A stretch of DNA of 64,000 nucleotides from Hamiltosporidium tvaerminnensis FI-OER-3-3 (lineage: Eukaryota > Fungi > Microsporidia), in contig CM061248.1 in the NCBI GenBank assembly GCA_022605425.2, forward strand, positions 434,001-498,000, written 5' to 3'. Of this stretch, positions 53,221-64,000 are shown piece after piece. Every line of letters begins with the position of its first letter. Position 1 is the first letter of the stretch. A model generated the notes under the pieces. The model was not told where the DNA came from and searched no databases. It saw only the letters and a program-made list of their open reading frames with translations. The translations under genes and the position numbers were made by a program.

Positions 53221-53954
53221 ATGTGGATGCAGGATAACAACTAAAAAAACTTTCTGTTGGCAATGAGTGTGTGAAACTGGTGTGAGGTCATTGTTTGGAT
53301 TTTTAGTGGGAATAAAACCACACTACATCTTTGGTTGTTCCATGGGAGTTGTTATGAAGGGGAGAGGTCTAAGAAATGGAGAAACTTTTTCTACAAATTT
53401 ATTTGTAGTTTTTTATGTAACCAGATTGCAGACCGCAGCTGAACATGTAGGTAATTGCCATGTAAAAGCATGGAAACCTAGCCTTGCTTCACTCGGGTTA
53501 GAAGACTTAGCGCCTGGGAGACATAAAACAAAAAACCATTAAAAGCCGGGAGAGCTAAGTAGCAGGTTATACCTGTTGGTATGACATTGCACTGTCTAGG
53601 TGGACCCCATGTAAATCTCTGAAATATATCTTAGCTAGGAGTTTATTGGGTTCAGAAAGTGTAGAATAAGTGGGAATGCTGCATAGTCTTGGGGGAGCCC
53701 AGGGGGGGAGCTTCGGCCTTCAATCACACTCCATGCAATGGACATTAACGAATTCCGGGCAACTGCCTCGCCTATTAATTAGGTTCTACACACCTGGTAG
53801 ATGAAAGGCTTTGGGACGTAGGTATCGCAGGGGTTACCGATGGAGTGTTGGGGTAGCAGTCATTTATGTTAAACCTAGAACTGCGTTAATGTCATAAAAA
53901 CAAATATAACACTTGCCACTATTTTAAAAAGATGTGATACTTTTAAATAAATAG
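53221..53954 (+). mobile_element. ~730-bp non-coding retroposed element, copy F (full length, young)
   Basis: Perfect 12-bp TSD TATTTTATAACA (53209-53220, 53955-53966); begins TGTGG, ends TTTTAAATAAA; multiple stem-loops. Confidence 0.93.
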
Positions 53955-54029
53955 TATTTTATAACACATTTACGATTACGCCTTAGTATCATCATTAAAT
54001 GAACATGCTAAAGAACAGAAAAGCCCATA

Positions 54030-54338
54030 AGAAAAAATAAATGATGTATTATACCAAGGACTAATTTTATAGAAAAACCATATGAAATAATGTTAAGAAT
54101 AATTTTCATACTTGTATAAAAGTCTTTAAAATGATAATCCGAACGGAATATGAGAGTGGTTTCATGTCATCATAAGAAAACTTGCTCTAACAAACAAACC
54201 TATTGTTTAATGCTACCAGCTGCTGTAAAAGATTATGCAAATATATGTAGTAGGTGTAGAAATTTGGCACCCAAAAGAATTGAAAACATCAATTACCATC
54301 CAATAAATTTTGCTTCTATTAATGAAAACATTAAATAA
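54030..54338 (+). pseudogene. Possible integrase H2C2 zinc-binding domain remnant
   Basis: CHHKKT....Y....AVKDYANICSRCRNLAP resembles the H2C2 region; no catalytic core seen. Confidence 0.35.
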
Positions 54339-55074
54339 AAATGAGTTTAAAAACATGTCCAAAACTCGCTGGAATTTTTTTGACGCATTTTCTGATGATT
54401 AAACATATATCTAATATATTTTATTGCATAATAATACTATGTTAATGGTCAAAGACATGCGAAAAAATATAAAAAACGTATTTAAATAAAGTTTTTAAAA
54501 GAATTAGATAATAAATTTAATTTTTTTGTTTTTCTATAATATTTTTCTAATTTTTTTTTTTATTTTTTTACGTTAACATCTTATTTCAATGCTGGTTTTT
54601 TTATTATTTCAGCACCTTACTTCTATAATTTTTTTATTTTTTTGTTTTTTTCATGTATTTCTATATGTTGCTAATCAATTGCCCGCCAAATTTCCTAAAA
54701 TACCCTTCCCGCCAAAAAATGCATAAATAGATTTATTTTTCAAATTATCTTCATCTTAATTAGCACGCAGAAAATTTCTGCGATGCTTTAGCATTGATTA
54801 ATAACAAAGCAAAATAAAGGGAAGAATGAGGTAGGGAGGCATTTTTAAATACGACATTTATTACACTGCTTGATCACTACTAATACTCCCACAATCTGTA
54901 CATTTTAATAAATTGCCAGGAATTTAGCATTGTGTACGGTTTGATTGTCGCTTGCTAACCCCAAATCATTCTTAGCTCGTCGTTTGTAATATATTGTACT
55001 TAAACAAATTAGCGATTGTTTTAGGGTTTCTCTTGATTAAGTGTTAGTTATTTTCATAAAAAAAAGACAGAATC

Positions 55075-56460
55075 CGATGTTAATAGATGGTAATGATATA
55101 AAGCATATTTTTGATGAACGGCTTTATGAATCTTACTATCCAAAAGTAGAATAAACAAATTCTCGGGAAATTAAAATACATAGTGGGATAGAAAAGAACA
55201 ATGTATTATATAACAACTTATTGGGATAAAAACTTGAGAATTGTCAGCGTTTGCGCAAGTTGAGCACGTTAACTATTGAAGCGAAGGAAAATTTTATCAT
55301 TCCTTTGGAGCAGCGGTTCTTAACCGAGGGTACCTGCATCCCTAGATATGCGAGAGATTATTTTTTAGAGTGCGAAAGAAGCCCCTGTAAACCGCTTAAA
55401 CTCACACGGAGATATAAAACATGTATATTTTTTAAAAATAGACAACGAATTTGCAATAAATCGAAGTACTTTTTAATCAAAGGTACGGAAACCGATTTTC
55501 AGGTTCAAAGGAATGCGGCTCGCGTCGAAGTATGGGAACCACTGCTTAAAAGAAGTGGATTTGGATTTATGTACATTGAGAAGAGGCATTTCAAATTATA
55601 AATGATGCATATGTTGCAACTGGGTAAGATGATCGCAATCGTATGGGAAAGGAAATAAATTTAAATTTTAAAAACATTCCAAGAGAAATGAAAATAACCT
55701 ATCTAAATTTATATATTTAATGCGAAAGAAAACACATTCGACTAAAAAAATTATTGGTCGTAAAATATTTATTAAGTAAAAAAAAATTAAAGGTGTCATG
55801 TCGATTTAATCGACATGCAATTACAACCTGATGATCATTATAATTCATACTTGTATACAAAGATAATTTTATTAAATTGCTTAAAATTCGAATCGTGAAA
55901 ACCGAATTTGCAGAAGAAATGGCCTATGCACTTTTGTATATTTTTACCATTTTGGTGCATCCACTATTCTGTTGAGTGATAATAGTAGGAAATTTATCAA
56001 AAATTCTTTTAATGAACTAGGTAACATGTGGATCGAGTTAAAAATGCTATTTTGGAAGCCTTTACACTCTTAATGTTAAGGATTAGTAGAACGTGCGAAT
56101 CAGGTTGTGGAAAATAGGCTTTGTTCGTGGGCAGAAGATAATAACAGCAAAAAATTAGCCAAAGGATTATGTTATATTCAAATTATGAAAATTAGAGCTC
56201 ATCATAGGAACATAAATTTTATAAATATGAAACCATATACGGAACAAAGTGTAAATTAGTTTACAAAGTTTAGAAACCACAAATGTTCTGTCTAATATAA
56301 ATTGTAAAGAAGACTTAAAATGCATATTACTGGATCAACACGATTCACAATCTGTATAAAAAGTTGTCTGTTATAATGAACTATTTAAGATAACAAGCCA
56401 GCATAAAAAAGAGGAATTATTTCTGTGCGATAGCTGTTTTAAATAATCCACTTCAATATC
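55075..56460 (+). pseudogene. Second KRBA2/SCAND3-like (Ginger-like) integrase pseudogene
   Basis: Fragments DRNRMGKEI, RCHVDLIDMQLQPDDHY, AEEMAYALLYIFT, ILLSDNSRKF, VERANQ. Confidence 0.8.
55311..55544. mobile_element. hAT (Charlie/Buster-like) MITE inserted in the integrase pseudogene
   Basis: TIRs CAGCGGTTCTTA / TGGGAACCACTG; degenerate 8-bp flanks CTTTGGAG / CTTAAAAG; integrase homology resumes after it. Confidence 0.7.
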
Positions 56461-58581
56461 TAAACCATGTTATTGTTATTTTCAAAACAACGGAAAATAA
56501 TTTAATGTCTTAGGGAATCTAATATTCCCGTTTCTGGTCATCAATCATGTGAATGAAAGGTAGGAATCATCCTTAGAAGATTCCAATTTCAAAAAAAATA
56601 ATATATACCATTTAAAAAACAGGGGAATTTCAGCAAGAAATCTAAAGACATGCTGAAAAGATGCTTTGAATCTCTAATTAAAAACGCCCTGCCGTTAAGA
56701 CGGAAGTCCTGGTAAAAGTTCCGGCCCCGGGTGCTGACAGAGGACTTACCAGATGAAAGAAATATTATTGCATTTGTTCTTGAAATAAAAGATGCCATTT
56801 GCTCAAATTAGGTACAAAAAGTGGAATCTTAAATAAATTTTTTGATAAGAATCAAATTACAATATCAAGCGAAAGTTTATTTAAGCCTTGGAAATTCCTC
56901 GGTCCGGGATTTGACTCTCACAATGAGCTGGAAATTTTTCTAAGACACGGAGCAAAGGCTATACCCTAAGTAGCAGTAAACTTGGGTGCTTATACGACAA
57001 ATGCAAGTGCCTTAAAGAAATAATCTATGTGTCTCGAAATGTTATGCAATAGTTGGTCTGCATTAATAAATAAAACTCTTGTATACGGCATTTTTGATTG
57101 GAAATGTTTGTTTTGTCAGACCAAATATTTTTTCATATTCTTAAACTCAATATAATATCCTCTTGTTTTTGTATTTAATAAAACATGAAAGAAAAATTTT
57201 ATAAATTGCCCAATTATGAAAATTAGATGTAGTATTTCCGAATTTATTGATGAGTTTAAAACGCAAACCATATTGGCATATAATATTTTGATCCTTTGAC
57301 AACTTTTTTAAACTAAAACTTTTATAGTACAAATTTTAGATATTATATTGTACCTTAAAATATTCACTTAGTACAAATTTAGAACTTTCTTATCTTAAAT
57401 TATTTTGTATTCGAAGTTATAATTTACAATAATTTAATTTACAATGAGAATTTCTCTTTACTTGGCAATTGAAAAATGACTAAAATTTCTTTTTTAACAT
57501 ACTTCATTTATTTTTTCACATAAAATTATAGATTATATTTTAATACAAAGGTTCTTAAAAATTCAAGCTTTTTACATTTACTTTCGCCCTCTAAATCCTT
57601 ATAGAAAAACTCATGTTCCAAAAATAAATATTGTAAAACTAATATTTAAATCAATTTTTCGAAAACAATATATATTATCTACATATATCTTTTACTATAT
57701 TTAATTTGCTTAAGATAAAAAAATTTTTAATTGGAATGTTCTTTCTGACTTTTTTTAAAATTTATTTGTTAATTATTAAAATAATTTTTTTTATTCGGTT
57801 TTCGCGGGCGAATTTCGTTTATTAACAAAATCTTTGAAAAATAAAGGCCACGATGGTCTGAAAATTCAAGTGAATTTAAAATAGCTTCTAAATTTTTATA
57901 TAATTGACCGAAAACTTTTGAAATTGAAATGATTTTTATAAGTATAAATAAATAGTAGAAATGTTAAAGAAATAAAATAATTTTTCACATAAACAGTATA
58001 ATAGTTATAGCTTTTCGTTATTAAATCTTACGAATACAACTAATATTTGGAAATGAGCGATTTTTAATATTCACATCCTTATGTATTGTAAATGTCTCAA
58101 ATTCTAAAATGAATGATGCGGAACTAATTTCCAGTTTATATATAGAAAATTTGCATTCAAGAGCATATTTACTATAATCTACCACATTTGGATATGTACA
58201 ATATTTCATATTTAATAGTTTTTAAATAAACACAATTTTAATATACATACCTTAAAACCCGATTTCTTATAACAATTCCAACCGAGAAATAACCTACTAC
58301 AAGAATGAAGGTTAAATTAAAAAGATCCGATTTGACGTTTGATAAATTTGACAGTTTGAACATTTCTAGATTTTTTATATTTCATTTTAAAACTAAAATT
58401 TTTTTGCAATATTAAATATTTCTTTATTTTTTAAGAAATCAAAAACAAAATGATGAAAATAATTTCCATCAAACTACGTTTTAATTTATCATAAAAATAG
58501 ATTCCTTTAATCAGTACCATTTTTGGATAATAATAGATTTATTTTAATTATATTTATAGTTATCGAATACCCAGGATTATA

Positions 58582-59130
58582 ATGAAATTCGGAAAAAATA
58601 GTTCAAAACATTATATTTACCTTAAAAGAAGAGAGTATGAATATAATTTAGCCAATTTTGAACTGAGAAAGCATTATATGACCGAGGAACAATTTTTCAT
58701 GGAATCTGTTTTGTTAGAGTTAGAATATAATTTATTTGAATGTGATGAAAAAGATGTTTTTGAATACAATTTTGAAATATATGGAAATCAAATATATCTA
58801 TTCGATGAATATAATCCGGATAAAATTAAAGAAAGTGTTTTTGTCGACGATGCTTCTGGTACTGACGAAAATTTATTACCTGAAAATACGAAAAAATACA
58901 AAAAAGAGAATAAAAATACAATATCATCCCGGAGAAGAGCAAAAATTTTTCGATGTAACAATTCTTTTTGTAATAAAAAGTATACATCTTCTTATGGTTT
59001 AAAGTATCATTTGATACATGGACATGGATCAAAGACCCTAAAGAAATACGTTTGCGATGAAACAGGATGTGTCAAAAGTTTTAAAAATCCGAATGGCTTA
59101 AAGTATCATCAAAAATTTGGTCATAAATAA
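58582..59130 (+). CDS. C2H2 zinc-finger protein, Sfp1-like
   Basis: Two fingers CNNSFCNKKYTSSYGLKYHLIHGH and CDETGCVKSFKNPNGLKYHQKFGH; NGLKYH..GH is the Sfp1-type signature; CCC upstream. Confidence 0.75.
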   Translation: MKFGKNSSKHYIYLKRREYEYNLANFELRKHYMTEEQFFMESVLLELEYNLFECDEKDVFEYNFEIYGNQIYLFDEYNPDKIKESVFVDDASGTDENLLPENTKKYKKENKNTISSRRRAKIFRCNNSFCNKKYTSSYGLKYHLIHGHGSKTLKKYVCDETGCVKSFKNPNGLKYHQKFGHK

Positions 59131-60457
59131 GTCTAAATTTTCAATAAATTTCTATTTATAAATTTTTGCTTTGTAGAAAAAAAATTTTCTTCGATTTTGG
59201 AATTTCCTTCAGATTCCAAATTCTTCCTCAAAATGATGAAATAATATAAAAATAATTGATTCGTTTGAATAATATAATTTTTAAAAAGAGAAACCTCAAT
59301 TTATAATATAAAATTATTGGTTTAAAAAAATTTAAGATCTACGACAAAATAAAAAAATGCGAAAAATATTTTTTTTAAATAAAAGATATATGAGTAAATG
59401 ATAATATTCCGATATGAAAAATATGACACAAATGATTCTAAACTTCAAATCTAATTTAAGAATTAGATGCGAATGAAAAATTTTAAGTTACGGAATATTT
59501 TTTTTAATAGAAATATATAATAACCACAATTAAAATTCAATGTATAAAATCAAGATGAAATGAGTATTTCTTTTCTTTTTACGAATTGAACTACATATAC
59601 CGAACAAAACTAGTAGATATTTTATAATTTGTACTGATAGTTTGTAAAGTATCATGAGATTGATCTTATAATTGCATTTTACCATAAAAATTAAATTTAA
59701 CTAAGCTAAGACATAAAATTATATTTAAAAATTCAAAGGTTTGTAAGAAAATATATATCACGACATTATCTTAAATGATTCTGGATATTCATACTTAAAT
59801 TTTTTTTTCTTTTAAATGCACAACACAATTTACTAGATTATCTACATTTTAAATTATGTAAATACATAAAAAATAATTATTATACTATTAAACCGTTTAA
59901 ACAACTTGATTCCTGCATGTTTTATTATAACAATTAGAGGATTGTTGTAAAAATATAAAAAGAGCAAAAATAATCAAGAATTTTTTTTTTGAGTAACAGG
60001 TAAAATATTTCTTTAGAAACTAGAAATTGAAGAATTATATTATATAATTATGTGAAAAATCCAAAGCTATTTCAAACATAATATTCCAATTTGATCTTTT
60101 TTTCTTCTACAGATTTAAAATATAATGAAGAAAAAATGTGCTTTACGTGATTTGAATTGTCAGATACAAGGTATGTTGTGCAAAACAAATTTAAATCTTT
60201 TCATATTTAATCTTCTAATTAAAATTCTGTTAATATGGCATTATATTTTTTCCCTTTCCTATTAAGAAGACCTTATATAATACTATTTTGGGATTTATAC
60301 ATATTAATATTATAACTTGGCGCGTTTATGAATTTATTATAATTTATTAGTATTTCTAAATTGTAAAAGTTATTTTCCTAATGTTATCTTCTTTCATAAA
60401 ATTAGGGAGTCATAATTCAAATAAAGATTTGGAAAACTTTTTCCATTTCAGTGGAAG

Positions 60458-63400
60458 AAATATATTCTACTTATTTTTTAGCGGGCTCTAGAAAGTTAGA
60501 AAATTTATTTCTATTATATATACAGACTTATATACACCCATAAGTCTATGTCTGCTTATACAAACATGTTATCTTTGTATATATTCTCTATCAGTGCTTA
60601 ATTAACAAACTTTACGACAGTGTAATTTTTTTAGTCTGTAATTATGAAATAAACAAAAAATTTATATTTCTACACGTGTAATATTTATTGAAAATATGAA
60701 AGTATAAAATTGAAAATTTAGAAAAATTATTAGATCAAAATGATGTCGTATATTGTATGGTTTTGCTAGATTCCGAAATCTAGTTTAATTTTAATGTCTT
60801 AAGCACAAGTTTATTCTCAAATACGCAGCTGTTATTATTATTCTACCGCAATGATAAATATTTATCTAACACAAAAGAATGTTATAACAAAATTTCGATC
60901 TAAAGAAAGACTATTATAGTTTGTAGTATAAAATAGATCCAGCATACCTTTTAAAATTCTCTCAAACCCATGGACAAATGTTAATCCAAAATTTCTTTCT
61001 GATTTTTTTTTCATAGAAATTCGACAGTTAATTCTAATTTTCCGGTGTATTTTCAATCTTAACACTAATTATATTTATTTATACAATAACCGGTCAAGTG
61101 ATCGGTCTTAATATTTCATGATAAAATAAATGAAATTTGATATTAAGAAGAATATAAAAAAAAGAAATTATATTAAAATTAGACAAAGATGCAAATTATT
61201 TATTTCTATAAAAGCTAAAAATAAGAATTATAATAAATTTTTAATATATTGATAAAAGTTTTTTACGCATAAAAAATATCTATATTGTAGATTTTATGCA
61301 AACATATTTTTCACGGTAGAAAAAAACTTAATAAATTTATTTCAATAGCTGTATTCTATTGACACGTTTAAGTCTGTAAGAAACCGTTGTATATTTAGTC
61401 AATGCTCTTTTATATTCGTTTATGATTATGGTTGCTTACAGACTTTTCGCAAGCAAACTACAAATTCTACTGCAAACCGAAATAAAAATTCTTGTATCGA
61501 GATATTTTATATTTTTGTTTGAATGAACATTATCTAGGCCTTTTCACCACTTAAATACGGAAATTGTAAAATATTTGAACTGACTATTTAGAAGAATAAA
61601 TTTTGTAGCATATTTACCTCATTTGATCAACCAAATCTTTTCTCAATTCGGAGTTATTGTACTATGAAACGGTTTCCGGTGAACATTATAACAGTTTTCA
61701 ACCGTTAAGGATTTATGTTTAGAACCAACTAAAAGATTTTTTTAGATTCAAATTTATAGATATCAAAAGAAAAATTATCATTCTAAAATTTTAGATGAAA
61801 GTCGTTCCAGATCATCTTTTATTACCTAAGAATGGATAATAATTCTCTTTTTTTTTATTGTATTTTAGCAAGCAATGTATTGTTTTGTTCTATATATTGT
61901 TTTTAGGGATTTACTCGTGAAGAAACTATCTGTCGTTACAGTTCCAAGACAAGCTGTAAATGATTCCAGAACTTAAGTACAAGATATTCCCAAGTTTGCG
62001 TCAACTAGAGTTCTTTTTCATTCTTTCGAGGATATGAAAAGTTACTAATAAGGTATTTGCTTTCGAAGTCTAATAGTAGCAAAAATTTATTTGCTTAGTT
62101 GGCATTTATTCTAAATATATACACACCTAGTTTAGGCACAAATATATGTTAGTTTATACCAAAATGTGCATTCGGTTTTTAACATTTTCGGCTACCGTTA
62201 TAAATGAATTCCATATTATAGATATATCACAAATTTTATAAGTTTTAATGGTTGGATTCACTTCTCTTTTTTTGTAGAATCCAAAATTAAGAATTTCGAT
62301 AAAATTATTTCTACACATAGTTTCTGAGAAAAATCGAGACACCAATGTTTTATTACAGAAAAAAATTGAATTATTTGTTTCATAAACACCTTTTGCCTAA
62401 ATATTTCTAATATCTACGTCTAGTTTTTCTTGAAATAACCTTCAATTTATTCCTTACACAATCTTCGTTTTTTCTATTGTGCATGTTGGTATATAGACAT
62501 ATCATGGTTTTCAATTACCAATGAAAATGCTTTCATAAATTTGGCTGCCAAAATTTGATGCTTAACATATCATGTTGGTTCTTTTTCTTTAAATAAATTA
62601 TGTATTGGAATTTTTCAAGCTGTATCACGTCTTTTTATGTCATTTTAAACATATACATTACTTGCAACAAGCTCTTTATTTTATCTCTCTAGTCCTAAGA
62701 ATCCGAAAATAATCTGGTTCTTTTTCGTTTAAGATTTATATTCAAACAGATTTCTTCTTCATCTTTATTATTTGTATATTGAAGCACATCGTAAAATAAA
62801 TCATTATCATCTCGAAAACGACACATCTTCATTTTGAGAAAATAAATCTCTTCAGTAGTTTCTGAACATTATTCGCAGTATTATTTATATCTTTTACTCG
62901 CCGTATTAATTTTTTTGACATTCTATATGGTCAAATGAAATATTATTTTAATCTGAATATAGCTAATTAAGCCATATAATGATAATTATTATTTTCTTTA
63001 CCTTTTCTTTTATAAAAATACCACATAATATCTAAAATTTCATTAAGTTTCTTGAAATTTTAATTCACAATTATTTGGAATTAACTAACAACGAAAGAGT
63101 TTATGTTAAAACGCAACACACTATATACAATATCCTATATTCTAATTTACATCTTACTCTATAATCAATTATCTTGGATAGAATCATAAAAGATTATATC
63201 TGTCATTTGACTGGTCATAGTAGAAATAGGTATACATAAAGTATACTTAAAAACTCAAAACAAAAATATTATATTTATTTTGTTTTAATGGTAGAGAATT
63301 TAATTTAGTCAAATAATAGAATGTATCAGATTATATTAATTTTTTTAAAAAAAGTTTAAACTCGGTCAAAATACCAGTCACGGTATGTTTAGCGTTGAAA

Positions 63401-64000
63401 AATTTTGTAGAAAATTCGGGGGCTCTTTTTTGTAAGTTAAGATTTTATACTATTAAATTTTAATTATATCAATTCCGACTAGTTTTTCTTGTTTTATAGC
63501 TCAAAAATCTCAGGTTTCTTTTGCTATTTTGTGTTATAGATATAGTTTTTCAGTTATTATTATTCTGGTTGTTTTACAATATAATATCAAACTAAATTTA
63601 TTGAAGTGTAATAAGAAAGTATAAGCAATATCAATTTTTAGAACTTTCTAAAAAATAGTCTCTATTTAAATCTACCAAAAACACATAATTTAAAATTAAC
63701 TTTTATAATAGAACAAAGTATAACTGTGGCTACAAAATATTCGAGCAAATTTTGTTTCAAACAATGATAAATTTTACACAATCAATTACCGCAGGTAAAA
63801 TAATTGCTGTGAAAAGAATTATATTAATAGGATCAATAATGAAGATTAAAAAATAAAATAAAATACATAATAAGTAAATATCTTTGATTTAAACTATATA
63901 TATTTTATAAACATATTAAAATTTGATAATATATAATCTATATTTTAAATTTAAAATAAGTAAGAAATATTCCATTTATAATAGTAAATTTAAGAAGTAA
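60458..64000 (-). repeat. Inverted segmental duplication, arm 2 (runs off the window end), containing a second copy of the decayed piggyBac (~61063-63394)
   Basis: Reverse complement of 42115-45656. Confidence 0.95.

Noticed and set aside
53267-53542. ORFs MCETGVR.. (also 27220-27408, 13185-13454, 19963-20166)
   Set aside because: Non-ATG starts; frames not preserved between copies of the repeat
53425-53703. Group I intron-like Q/R/S motifs (CCGCAGC, GTTAGAAGACT, CATAGTCT followed by a hairpin) in the 730-nt element
   Set aside because: The putative P7 3' strand is not conserved in other copies (TAGCCC, TAATCT), P3/P4 are weak, and GACTTAG covaries with a different partner
53221-53966. 730-nt element as a solo LTR (starts TG, has AATAAA, apparent CA end)
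   Set aside because: The CA belongs to the TSD; TSDs are 11-17 bp and variable, and one copy is 5'-truncated with an intact TSD
56700-56760. Hammerhead ribozyme in a GC-rich patch (CTGACAGA..GAAA)
   Set aside because: Core is not CUGAnGA and no stem II forms; only a CTGGTAA/TTACCAG hairpin is supported

Overview
Very AT-rich eukaryotic DNA, most likely from a large-genome microsporidian (Hamiltosporidium-like; an inference from short intron-poor divergent core genes, CCC motifs just upstream of ATGs, an LRR-like family gene and an ADAM protease). Host genes are sparse: TFIIE-beta, RPA2, a DENN-domain gene broken by one in-frame TAA (possibly a 30-nt intron), MCM5, a Utp21-like WD40 protein, an ADAM metalloprotease, an Sfp1-like C2H2 protein and a disrupted LRR-like gene. 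Much of the rest is mobile DNA: one intact piggyBac (TTAA sites, TIRs, full DDD transposase), a decayed piggyBac carried in a >=3.5-kb inverted duplication, two decayed Ginger/KRBA2-type integrase transposons, two hAT-type non-autonomous elements, a decayed near-full-length RTE LINE with a twister-ribozyme-like 5' end, RTE and RLE-type LINE fragments, and a ~230-bp bipartite RTE-derived SINE family. The most unusual observation is a ~730-bp non-coding element present six times in the window. It has 11-17-bp target-site duplications, one 5'-truncated copy, no tRNA head, no ORF, no tail shared with the local LINEs, and base-pair-preserving substitutions in its stems. This makes it a candidate long structured-RNA retroelement of a type I do not recognise.
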